From Aliivibrio fischeri ES114 (lineage in GTDB: Bacteria > Pseudomonadota > Gammaproteobacteria > Enterobacterales > Vibrionaceae), in assembly GCF_000011805.1 (NCBI RefSeq), contig NC_006840.2: a DNA stretch of 32,000 bases; one strand, written 5' to 3'. Every line of letters starts with the position of its first letter. Positions within the stretch are counted from its first letter, which is position 1. A program made the translations under genes and the position numbers. The notes below the pieces were generated by a model. That model had not been told where the DNA came from. It ran no database searches and worked only from the letters and a program-made list of their open reading frames with translations. Of the stretch, positions 20,856 to 29,457 are shown piece by piece.

Positions 20856-21716
20856 TTATTCTTTTGCATTAATAGTATTCACAATTCTCTTGTCTGGTTC
20901 TGGTAACCGACTTCCGCAATGCTTACAGTGTATTGCGTCTGACTCATGTCCACCTTTCAAACAATTAGGACAACGAACAAGATCTCTGTGAGTATTCATC
21001 TCTTGATTTAATTCCGCAGTAATGATCCCCGTTGGTACAGCAAGTATCGAGTAACCTAATAGCATAGTTAAAGAGGCGATTGCTTTACCGAGTGGGGTGT
21101 GAGGAACTAAATCACCATATCCTACAGTAGTAATTGTTACTATAGCCCAGTAGATACTTTGTGGAATACTTGTAAATCCATTCTCCGGCCCTTCAATTAC
21201 AAACATTAATGAACCAAAAACAGAAACAAGAATCGCAACGGTACTAAAAAATATGAGTATTTTGCGTTTGGCCATTAAGAGTGAGCGCAATAGAATATTT
21301 GAATCTTGCAAGTAACGAACAAGTTTCAAAATTCGGAAAATACGCATTACTCGAAGCAAACGAATAATAGCTATATAGCTAGCGCTAGGGAAGAAGAGAG
21401 CTAGGTATGTAGGTAATATTGCTAATAAATCAATAATGCCATAGAAGCTTTTTGCATAAGAGCTTGGTCGTGGAGAGCAATAAAGACGCAAAACATACTC
21501 AAGTGTGAAGATAGCTGTAAATAAATACTCAAGCTTCCATAATACTTCTCCATACTGTAAACGTACAGAGCTTATAGAATCTAATATCAAAGTTGCTTGT
21601 GATAATAAGATTAAAATAATTAAGGCGATATCAAACCTTCTGCCACCTTTAGTATGGGTACCAAAGATGATTGTATATAGATGATGTTTTATTGGGCTTT
21701 TTCTTGTTTTTGTCAT
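20856..21716 (-). CDS. Voltage-sensor-containing 6-TM potassium channel (Kv-like) with C-terminal zinc ribbon
   Basis: 286 aa. The S4 helix has a basic residue every third position (RLLRVMRIFRILKLVRYL). The K+ selectivity filter is TTVGYGD. The C-terminal tail has CPNC-x12-CKHC. There is no SD upstream of the ATG. Confidence 0.8.
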   Translation of the reverse strand: MTKTRKSPIKHHLYTIIFGTHTKGGRRFDIALIILILLSQATLILDSISSVRLQYGEVLWKLEYLFTAIFTLEYVLRLYCSPRPSSYAKSFYGIIDLLAILPTYLALFFPSASYIAIIRLLRVMRIFRILKLVRYLQDSNILLRSLLMAKRKILIFFSTVAILVSVFGSLMFVIEGPENGFTSIPQSIYWAIVTITTVGYGDLVPHTPLGKAIASLTMLLGYSILAVPTGIITAELNQEMNTHRDLVRCPNCLKGGHESDAIHCKHCGSRLPEPDKRIVNTINAKE

Positions 21717-22035
21717 TTATCTGTATTTATAAGCTATTGCTGTGCACCAAGAATAATCAAAAAACTCTGACCTCTCTAGTATTTCTTTTAATCAATTTCT
21801 AATCCTATCTTTTTAAAAACACTAAAATTTTACAATAAAGTGATCTAGAGCAAATTATTCACGATATAAATGATGTGAATTTTCTGAGACTTATACTACT
21901 CTTTAGTGGCACGAATAATTCGCCTTAATTTGTCATTTTTTGCCGCGTTTATGTAATTTTATTACATTTTGATTTTCTGCTATTGACTGATTTGTTAAGA
22001 GTTGAATGTTTGAAGTACTTCTATTTTTATATTAA

Positions 22036-22057
22036 GTATGTGATATAAATCACTTTT
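22036..22057. promoter_or_regulatory. CRP-like binding site in the adhE upstream region
   Basis: gtaTGTGAtataaaTCACTttt matches TGTGA-N6-TCACA in 9 of the 10 core positions. It lies about 245-260 bp upstream of the adhE ATG and about 60 bp upstream of a possible -10 (taaatat, 22094-22100). Confidence 0.4.
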
Positions 22058-22298
22058 TAAATGTGCTACCCGTAAGGGGTAAGTCGAAAGTGGTAAATAT
22101 TTTCTGATAACTGATCTGAATCAATACTTTTAAAAATGTGAAAGAATATAATCAGTTTTGAAAGCAATTTACTAAGAAAGTACAGCGAGAACGTGAAGGG
22201 AATTTTCGGTCTTGTTATACAAATGAAATAAAAAATCAAAGTTCTTACTAAATAGTTTTTAATGATTTATATAGTTTTTTAATTTTAGGAGAAACACT

Positions 22299-24974
22299 AT
22301 GCCTGTAACTAACCTAGCTGAATTAGATGCTCTAGTAGCACGCGTTAAAGCAGCACAAGAAGAGTTCGCAACTTTTTCTCAAGAGCAAGTTGATGCAATC
22401 TTCCGTGCAGCATCTCTAGCAGCTAACCAAGCTCGTATCCCGCTAGCACAACAAGCGGTTGCTGAGTCTGGCATGGGTATCGTTGAAGATAAGGTTATCA
22501 AAAACCACTTCGCATCAGAGTTCATCTACAACAAATATAAAGATGAAAAAACATGTGGCATTCTTGAAGAAGACGATAACCTAGGAACAATGACTATCGC
22601 AGAACCTGTAGGTATTATCTGTGGTATCGTTCCAACAACTAACCCAACATCTACTGCAATCTTCAAATCTCTAATCTCTCTAAAAACTCGTAACGGTATC
22701 ATTTTCTCGCCACACCCACGTGCGAAAAACTCTACTAATGATGCAGCGAAACTTGTTTTAGACGCAGCAGTTGCAGCTGGTGCTCCAAAAGACATCATCG
22801 GTTGGATTGATCAACCATCTGTAGAACTTTCTAATGCACTAATGAAGCACGACGGTATCGCTCTTATCCTTGCTACTGGTGGTCCAGGCATGGTTAAAGC
22901 AGCATACTCTTCAGGTAAACCTGCAATCGGTGTTGGTGCTGGTAACGTTCCTGTTGTTATCGATGACACAGCTGATGTTAAACGTGCAGTCGCTTCTGTT
23001 CTTATGTCTAAAACATTCGATAACGGCGTAGTTTGTGCTTCTGAGCAAGCTGTAATCGTAATGGATGAAGTATACGACGAAGTTAAAGAGCGTTTTGCTT
23101 CTCACAAAGGTTACGTACTATCTAAAGCTGAAGCAGATAAAGTTCGTAAAGTTCTACTTATCGACGGTAACCTAAACGCAAACATCGTAGGTCAACCTGC
23201 AACAGCTATCGCTGAAATGGCTGGCGTTAAAGTTCCAGCTGATACTAAGATCCTTGTTGGTGAAGGTATCGGTGAAGTATCTTACGATGACGAATTCGCT
23301 CATGAGAAACTATCTCCAACACTAGGTATGTTCCGTGCGTCTTCTTTCGAGAACGCGGTAGACCAAGCTGTTAAAATGGTAGAAATTGGCGGTATCGGCC
23401 ACACATCTGGTCTGTACACTAACCAAGATGTTAACGCTGACCGTATCCGTTACTTTGGTGACAAACTAAAAACAGCACGTATTCTTGTAAACATCCCAAC
23501 TACTCACGGTGGTATCGGTGACCTTTACAACTTTAACGTTGCACCTTCTCTAACTCTTGGTTGTGGTTCATGGGGTGGTAACTCTATCTCTGAGAACGTG
23601 GGTCCTAAGCACCTTATCAACAAGAAAACTGTAGCGAAGCGAGCTGAAAATATGTTATGGCACAAACTACCTAAGTCTATCTACTTCCGTCGTGGCAGCC
23701 TTCCAATCGCAATGAGCGACCTAGAAGGTAAGAAACGTGCATTCCTTGTAACTGACCGTTTCCTATTCAACAACGGTTACGCTGATGACGTAGTTCAACT
23801 ACTTAAAGCTCAAGGTATCGAAGTTCAAACATTCTTTGATGTAGAAGCGGATCCAACACTATCTGTTGTTGAGAAAGGCGCTGAAGCAATGAAGAGCTTC
23901 CAACCTGACGTAATCCTTGCTCTAGGTGGTGGTTCACCAATGGATGCTGCTAAGATTATGTGGGTAATGTACGAGCACCCAGAAACTCATTTCGCAGAAC
24001 TAGCAATGCGCTTTATGGATATCCGTAAACGTATCTACAAGTTCCCTAAAATGGGTAAAAAAGCTGAGCTTGTATGTATCACTACAACTTCAGGTACTGG
24101 TTCAGAAGTTACTCCATTCGCTGTTGTTACAGACGACAAGACTGGTGCTAAATACCCACTAGCTGATTACGAAATTACGCCAAACATGGCAATCGTTGAT
24201 GCTAACCTAGTAATGAACATGCCTAAGTCTCTAACCGCATTTGGTGGTTACGATGCAGTAACTCACGCATTAGAAGCTTACGTATCTGTTCTTGCTAATG
24301 AATACTCTGACGGTCAAGCGCTTCAAGCTCTTAAGATGCTTAAAGAATACTTACCATCAAGCTACAAAAATGGTGCGAACGACCCAATCGCTCGTGAGAA
24401 AGTACACAATGCTGCAACTATCGCTGGTATCGCGTTTGCTAACGCATTCCTAGGTGTGTGTCACTCAATGGCTCACAAAATCGGTGCTGAGTTCCACTTA
24501 CCACACGGTTTAGCTAACGCATTACTTATCTCTAACGTTGTACGTTACAATGCGAACGATAACCCAACTAAACAAACAGCATTCTCTCAGTACGACCGTC
24601 CACAAGCACGTCGTCGTTACGCAGAAGTTGCTGACCACCTAGGCCTAAGCCAAGCTGGTGACCGTACTGCTCAGAAGATTGAGCGTCTACTAACTTGGTT
24701 AGAAGAGCTTAAGAAAGATTTAGATATTCCACTATCTATCAAAGATGCAGGTGTTAACGAAGCAGACTTCATCGCTAAACTAGATGAACTATCTGTTGAA
24801 GCGTTCGATGACCAATGTACTGGTGCGAACCCACGTTACCCTCTAATCACAGAGCTAAAAGAAGTACTAACAACTTCTTACTACGGTAAACCTTTTGTTG
24901 AAGGTGAAACGTTTGAAGGCACAACAGTAATTAAAAAAACTGAAGAGCCAAAAGCGAAAAAAGCAAAGAAATAA
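22299..24974 (+). CDS. adhE: Bifunctional acetaldehyde-CoA / alcohol dehydrogenase AdhE
   Basis: 891 aa with an N-terminal aldehyde dehydrogenase domain and a C-terminal iron-type alcohol dehydrogenase domain ([26 protein letters not shown]). It ends in a Lys-rich tail, as E. coli AdhE does. Strong SD taggaga and strong codon bias. Confidence 0.97.
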   Translation: MPVTNLAELDALVARVKAAQEEFATFSQEQVDAIFRAASLAANQARIPLAQQAVAESGMGIVEDKVIKNHFASEFIYNKYKDEKTCGILEEDDNLGTMTIAEPVGIICGIVPTTNPTSTAIFKSLISLKTRNGIIFSPHPRAKNSTNDAAKLVLDAAVAAGAPKDIIGWIDQPSVELSNALMKHDGIALILATGGPGMVKAAYSSGKPAIGVGAGNVPVVIDDTADVKRAVASVLMSKTFDNGVVCASEQAVIVMDEVYDEVKERFASHKGYVLSKAEADKVRKVLLIDGNLNANIVGQPATAIAEMAGVKVPADTKILVGEGIGEVSYDDEFAHEKLSPTLGMFRASSFENAVDQAVKMVEIGGIGHTSGLYTNQDVNADRIRYFGDKLKTARILVNIPTTHGGIGDLYNFNVAPSLTLGCGSWGGNSISENVGPKHLINKKTVAKRAENMLWHKLPKSIYFRRGSLPIAMSDLEGKKRAFLVTDRFLFNNGYADDVVQLLKAQGIEVQTFFDVEADPTLSVVEKGAEAMKSFQPDVILALGGGSPMDAAKIMWVMYEHPETHFAELAMRFMDIRKRIYKFPKMGKKAELVCITTTSGTGSEVTPFAVVTDDKTGAKYPLADYEITPNMAIVDANLVMNMPKSLTAFGGYDAVTHALEAYVSVLANEYSDGQALQALKMLKEYLPSSYKNGANDPIAREKVHNAATIAGIAFANAFLGVCHSMAHKIGAEFHLPHGLANALLISNVVRYNANDNPTKQTAFSQYDRPQARRRYAEVADHLGLSQAGDRTAQKIERLLTWLEELKKDLDIPLSIKDAGVNEADFIAKLDELSVEAFDDQCTGANPRYPLITELKEVLTTSYYGKPFVEGETFEGTTVIKKTEEPKAKKAKK

Positions 24975-25028
24975 TTGATTGCTAAACGCTGAGTTACTTT
25001 CACTAGCAATTTGAAAGTGATAAATAAG

Positions 25029-25058
25029 AAAGCCACCTAATATTAGGTGGCTTTTTTG
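25029..25058. terminator. Bidirectional terminator shared by adhE and the convergent SDR-like gene
   Basis: aaagccacctaa / tat / ttaggtggcttttttg is a perfect palindrome. The minus strand also has a T-rich tail (tttcttattt). Confidence 0.88.
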
Positions 25059-25162
25059 CATCTAGAGGTTTGTGTTTAAAAATGTTTATTGAACTGATAA
25101 TACTAATTTAAATAAGTACCTGACCATTCATCTCACTGCTTATTCAGATTGGTATTAAATTA

Positions 25163-25834
25163 TTAAGCTGTTGCTTCAATAATTCGACCACTAAAATACT
25201 CATTAGCAAGAATGTATTCAGTGTTTTTTATTAGTTCTTGATTGATGGTACTTAGATTAGGCGCAGTATCATTATTTGTTATTCTTGGTGTCACACCACC
25301 AATTCTTATTTTGAATGGATTTAGCTCTTTAGCCCAACTCTTAGTTAACCCTGCTAAAAGAGCTGTTGAGTTATCTGCTTGGTGCAAATGCGATAAGTCA
25401 TTGTGATAACCAAGGTTAATAATTACGCCTTCTTTCTTATGAGAACGCATATTTTGAGCGGCAAATTGACCATAGGTGAATAAAGTTGTTGCTAACTCTG
25501 TGAGTTGGAATGGACTATTTTGATTTTGAGAATCCAGCAAGCTTGGTAACGTCACAGCAGTATAGTTATTGATTAGCACATCTATGCCGTTATTAAACTC
25601 ATTATCGATGGCATGAAACAAATGGCGAATACTTTCTTGGCTTTGGTCTTCTAGTTGATAGCTGACAATATTGGATGTTAATTGACTGCAAAAACGATGC
25701 GTTTCATTTAACGCTTCTGCATCAGAATCTGTAATGATTAAATAAGCGCCAAGAGAAGCGAAATGACATGAAATGGAACGACCCATAACATTTCCAGCTG
25801 ATGTGATCAGTATGGTTGAATGTTTTATTTGCAT
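25163..25834 (-). CDS. SDR-fold (short-chain dehydrogenase-like) protein with degenerate cofactor and catalytic motifs
   Basis: 223 aa. The beta-alpha-beta start ILITSAGNVMGRSIS sits where TGxxxGxG should be, and INNYT where NNAG should be. The segment ...GLTKSWAKEL... aligns to the SDR helix after the active site, but Ala and Thr occupy the YxxxK positions (QADNSTALLAGLTKS). Confidence 0.6.
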   Translation of the reverse strand: MQIKHSTILITSAGNVMGRSISCHFASLGAYLIITDSDAEALNETHRFCSQLTSNIVSYQLEDQSQESIRHLFHAIDNEFNNGIDVLINNYTAVTLPSLLDSQNQNSPFQLTELATTLFTYGQFAAQNMRSHKKEGVIINLGYHNDLSHLHQADNSTALLAGLTKSWAKELNPFKIRIGGVTPRITNNDTAPNLSTINQELIKNTEYILANEYFSGRIIEATA

Positions 25835-26056
25835 AGCATTCTTTCCTTAGAGCATGAATTGCTTTAATAGCGTTAGTTACTCGATGCTTTAATAATGGAA
25901 TAGAAATATGACATCTGCTGTGAGATGGGCTTTAAATGATGATTAAATATCAATCAATATTGTGAATTATGCACTAACTCACATATTGCTCAATGATTAA
26001 TGAGAAGGGAAAGTTAAAACTGTTAATGGCTAATATGGAATGAATGTAATACCGTA

Positions 26057-26563
26057 TTAAACATAAAAATTCATTTCAGAATGACGTTTAGCGGTTACAA
26101 GTTCATTATAAAGATCTTGTGGGATAGCATTAAAAATCTCATTACCTGATTCTAACTGACGACGTTGGTGGCCTGATAGGTTGTGATAAATTTCTTCAGG
26201 TAGGTCACAAGTGTCTTGCGGCATATAAGCCATTGCATCCGGCGCTAGACCGTGTTGTAGCTTAGCGCTCGCCATTCCACCGTTGTGGAATTGATAAGCT
26301 TGAGCAGCAGAACGAGAATAACTTTCTTCATTACTACGTAATGTTTGTGCATCAGCTAACTGAAAGCGTTGACGTAACAGATCTTCAGTTACTTTTTTCT
26401 CGTTAATTTTTTCAACAGGCGTGTTTTCACGTAAGTCATTAGATAGTAATGACATCATTAAAGCGAAATCAGCACGACGACCCGCTTCTACAGCGTGGTT
26501 TAGGTTCGAGCCAAATTGAACTTCGCTAATTAATTCTGCTTTGTCTAATGTATGTACTTTCAT
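26057..26563 (-). CDS. Hypothetical protein (168 aa), no recognisable motif
   Basis: Clean ORF with a strong SD (aagagga, 7 nt from the ATG). It is soluble, with no signal peptide or TM segment. I cannot match it to any family by eye. Confidence 0.55.
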   Translation of the reverse strand: MKVHTLDKAELISEVQFGSNLNHAVEAGRRADFALMMSLLSNDLRENTPVEKINEKKVTEDLLRQRFQLADAQTLRSNEESYSRSAAQAYQFHNGGMASAKLQHGLAPDAMAYMPQDTCDLPEEIYHNLSGHQRRQLESGNEIFNAIPQDLYNELVTAKRHSEMNFYV

Positions 26564-26694
26564 GAATCAATCCTCTTGGTGATAACTATTTATCGGTAAG
26601 GGATTGGAAAGCTTTAGTCTTTTTAGGAAAAAAATTGCCGTTTTTTAAATTATTTTTAGAAATAGGGCAAAGAGTTACCGCAATGGAAGGTAAT

Positions 26695-26723
26695 AAAAAA
26701 GGCCAGTATAAAAACTGACCTTT
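26695..26723 (-). terminator. sodB terminator (strand-specific)
   Basis: The minus strand reads aaaggtcagt / ttttat / actggccttt followed by tttattacc. The one imperfect position is a G-U wobble in the minus-strand RNA but an A/C mismatch in plus-strand RNA. Confidence 0.75.
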
Positions 26724-26765
26724 GAAGTGTTTAGCCGCAAGATGCGTCTATTTATAATTCGAAAA

Positions 26766-27350
26766 TTATTTTGCTAGGTTTTCTTCTACGAAAGACCAGT
26801 TTACAAGGTTCCAGAATGCACCCATGTAATCAGGACGAACATTACGGAAATCGATGTAGTAAGCGTGTTCCCACAGGTCAACTGTTAGAAGTGGTGTTGT
26901 ACCTTCTTCTGTTAGTGGTGTTGCTGCGTTAGACGTGTTAACGATTTCTAGAGAACCGTCCGCTTTTTTCACTAACCAAGTCCAAGAAGAACCAAAGTTA
27001 TTGATTGCTGAATCTGTGAATTGAGCTTTAAATTCTTCAAAAGAACCGAATGCAGCGTTGATAGCTTCTGCTACAGCACCAGTTGGTTCGCCACCAGCGT
27101 TTGGAGCTAAACAGTGCCAGTAGAACGTGTGGTTCCAGATTTGTGCTGCGTTATTGAAAACACCACCAGTAGAAGTTTTAATGATCTCTTCTAGTGTTTT
27201 ACCTTCAAACTCAGTACCAGGGATAAGACCGTTTAGTTTAACAACGTATGTGTTGTGGTGTTTACCGTGGTGGAAATCCAGTGTTTCTGCTGAGATATGT
27301 GGTTCTAGTGCATCTTTTGCATACGGTAGAGCTGGTAATTCAAATGACAT
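26766..27350 (-). CDS. sodB: Iron superoxide dismutase
   Basis: MSFELPALPYAKDALEPHISAETLDFHHGKHH..., DLWEHAYYIDFRN, and an FeSOD-type sequence overall. The start is set at ATG 27350 (SD ggaga 8 nt upstream), not ATG 27365 used in the ORF track. Confidence 0.96.
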   Translation of the reverse strand: MSFELPALPYAKDALEPHISAETLDFHHGKHHNTYVVKLNGLIPGTEFEGKTLEEIIKTSTGGVFNNAAQIWNHTFYWHCLAPNAGGEPTGAVAEAINAAFGSFEEFKAQFTDSAINNFGSSWTWLVKKADGSLEIVNTSNAATPLTEEGTTPLLTVDLWEHAYYIDFRNVRPDYMGAFWNLVNWSFVEENLAK

Positions 27351-27584
27351 CGCTCGTGTCTCCATTTAAAAGAGGTCTATGCCTCATTAATTTTCCAAAA
27401 ATATGTGCTCAATTATAATTAGAGCTTATCTGACTTCGCTTTGATTCTAGCAAGTTTTAAGTTTATTTAAAGAAAAAGTACCGATTTTTCAATAAATAAT
27501 AACACTACAAATAATAGGTATTTTTTTCTTCACACATAACAAGTAGAATGGATACAACTTAAATGTCGACCATTAGAGGATACA

Positions 27585-27920
27585 ATGGAAACTATCGATA
27601 AGATCAAACAACAAATTTCTGAAAACCACATCCTTTTATACATGAAAGGTTCTCCTAAGCTACCTAGCTGTGGTTTCTCTTCTCAAGCTGCACAAGCTTT
27701 AATGAATTGTGGTGAGAAATTTGCGTACGTAGATATTCTACAAAACCCTGATATTCGTGCTGAGCTTCCAGCATACGCACAATGGCCAACATTCCCACAA
27801 TTATGGGTTGAAGGCGAACTAGTTGGTGGCTGTGACATTATCATTGAAATGTTCCAAAAGGGTGAACTTCAGCCATTAATTAAAGAAGCTGCAGAGCGTA
27901 ACGCACCAGCTGCTGAATAA
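27585..27920 (+). CDS. grxD: Monothiol glutaredoxin Grx4
   Basis: 111 aa with the CGFS active site (PKLPSCGFSSQA) and the WPTFPQLWVEGELVGGCDI motif. Confidence 0.95.
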   Translation: METIDKIKQQISENHILLYMKGSPKLPSCGFSSQAAQALMNCGEKFAYVDILQNPDIRAELPAYAQWPTFPQLWVEGELVGGCDIIIEMFQKGELQPLIKEAAERNAPAAE

Positions 27921-27930
27921 TCAGAATATT

Positions 27931-27965
27931 AAAAAAGCCACGTTATTTAACGTGGCTTTTTTTTA
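27931..27965. terminator. Bidirectional terminator shared by grxD and the convergent REC-TPR gene
   Basis: aaaaaagccacgtta / tt / taacgtggctttttttt. It abuts the REC-TPR stop codon at 27969. Confidence 0.88.
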
Positions 27966-27968
27966 TCT

Positions 27969-29288
27969 TTAAAACGAAGACGATGATTTTTGTTGCTTTA
28001 TGAATGCCATCGTTTGTAACTGAGCTAGAGTTGATGTTCCTTTCTGTAGTTTAGTAAGCCACTTTTCTTCTAACTGAGCTTTTTCGTCGTCTAGCTTCAT
28101 TTCACAATAAACAAGATACACAATGAATGCGGTTTCATAATCGGCAATATCGTTTATTTGAATGTCTGATATGTGTCGATTTGCTTCACCGTACCGATTA
28201 ATTTTTAATTGAAATAATGCAGACAGTGCTCGTTGTGCTGCAATACAAGGGATCCCACGTAGGCGTCCTTTTAATTTGGCACTAACACGTTGCCATGCAC
28301 TTTCTGGTGACCATTCTTGAAGGATGTCTTCAGAAGCTAAATATAAATCGCCCCAAGCGGCCATAGCTCGTTTACCTGCCGAATCAAATGCAGAGTTGGG
28401 TAGTAGATAAGCGTATTTAGTGAGTAGGTCAAAAGCGTCGTATTTTTCCCCTTTTGCAAGTAAAGACCAAACGAGTTTGCAAAAGCGAATGTATGAATAA
28501 GGGGAGAGTTCAAAGCCTCTTTTCCAAAATCGAGCGGCGATGCCAATATCATCTCTAGCAAAAGAAACTTCAGCTTTTAGATCAATTAACTGCAAGTTAT
28601 CTTTATTTTTTTGTAGCAGACCATCGATGTGTTGGTTCGCTTGTTCATATTCTTTTTTAGCTAACAGTATTTCAGCATATTGAATATCCGCTTCGATAGA
28701 TTCTTTGATAATTGAAAGTAAGGCTTTATTGACACTTAGTGCCTCTTGAAGACGGTTTACTTTAATTAGGCGTGATGCCAATTTCAGCATTGAATCTTTT
28801 AGGATCACTTTGTTGGGTGCTTGAAAGATTAAGGGCTTAACTCCGGCTAACCCATCTTTTGTATATGCGGCAATCATCCCAGTAGAAAATTGACGTTTAA
28901 TCAAATCATGATTAATGACTTTAATAATTTCTTCTGGACGAATTGGTTTTTGAATGTATTTAGCCGGCATGTAATCACTGTATGCTAGCTCAATTTGCGG
29001 ATCTTCATTACCCGTGACGATATAAATAAGTGTGTTGTCTGTGATAAGACGCAGCAACTTAAGTTGCTCTAGCATTTGTAGTCCTGTGCTACCGTGACCT
29101 AAATTATGATCAACGAATAACACATCAAATTTCTGACGTTTGCAGTTACCAACGGCTGCACCCGCTGTAGGGCAGCATGAAATATTGTTGGTTGGGACAC
29201 CTATACGACTGAGTAATGCTCTAAGCGCATTTTGAATGACAGTGCTGTCGTCAATGATAAGAAATGAAGAAAGCTTAATTAATTTCAT
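27969..29288 (-). CDS. Orphan response regulator: CheY-like receiver domain fused to a roughly 320-aa TPR-like helical repeat region, no DNA-binding or enzymatic output domain
   Basis: 439 aa. The receiver signature residues are all present: D13-D14 (LIIDDS), D60 (LFVDHNL), T92 (IVTGN) and K114 (IQKP). The remainder is helical and repeat-like (e.g. YAEILLAKKEYEQANQHIDGLL, AARFWKRGFELSPYS). No histidine kinase gene is in the window. Confidence 0.7.
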   Translation of the reverse strand: MKLIKLSSFLIIDDSTVIQNALRALLSRIGVPTNNISCCPTAGAAVGNCKRQKFDVLFVDHNLGHGSTGLQMLEQLKLLRLITDNTLIYIVTGNEDPQIELAYSDYMPAKYIQKPIRPEEIIKVINHDLIKRQFSTGMIAAYTKDGLAGVKPLIFQAPNKVILKDSMLKLASRLIKVNRLQEALSVNKALLSIIKESIEADIQYAEILLAKKEYEQANQHIDGLLQKNKDNLQLIDLKAEVSFARDDIGIAARFWKRGFELSPYSYIRFCKLVWSLLAKGEKYDAFDLLTKYAYLLPNSAFDSAGKRAMAAWGDLYLASEDILQEWSPESAWQRVSAKLKGRLRGIPCIAAQRALSALFQLKINRYGEANRHISDIQINDIADYETAFIVYLVYCEMKLDDEKAQLEEKWLTKLQKGTSTLAQLQTMAFIKQQKSSSSF

Positions 29289-29392
29289 ACAAGATTATAG
29301 GTGGTGATTAAACAATGGCAGAGTATAGCAACTGTATCAGTTAAAGATACGTTCAAACAAAGAGATAACGGGGTATTTTTTTGATCTTTATG

Positions 29393-29423
29393 CAAAAAAA
29401 CGGCAGAAACATCTGCCGTTTTA
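29393..29423 (-). terminator. Terminator downstream of the NhaC-superfamily transporter gene
   Basis: The minus strand reads aaaacggcaga / tgtt / tctgccgttttttt. Confidence 0.85.
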
Positions 29424-29457
29424 ACGTTTTTTTAAATAAAAATGCAATTAAGTTACA

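Noticed and set aside
25835-26056. The 222-bp spacer between the 168-aa gene and the SDR-like gene, as a possible sRNA (CsrB-like GGA motifs) or small ORF locus.
   Set aside because: There are only a couple of GGA occurrences, with no hairpin array and no terminator. The longest ATG frames are about 12 codons. A sigma70-like promoter for the SDR-like gene explains the region better.
27351-27365. N-terminal extensions given by the ORF track: sodB METRA-MSFELP, and likewise gsk TTG 15008 and cydC GTG 1946.
   Set aside because: Homologues start at the downstream ATG in each case. For sodB the downstream ATG also has a properly spaced GGAGA.
27490-27517. AT-rich caataaataataacactacaaataatagg in the sodB-grxD divergent region, as a possible Fur box.
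   Set aside because: It only loosely resembles GATAATGATAATCATTATC and has no clear hexamer array or dyad. In an AT-rich spacer this similarity is expected by chance.
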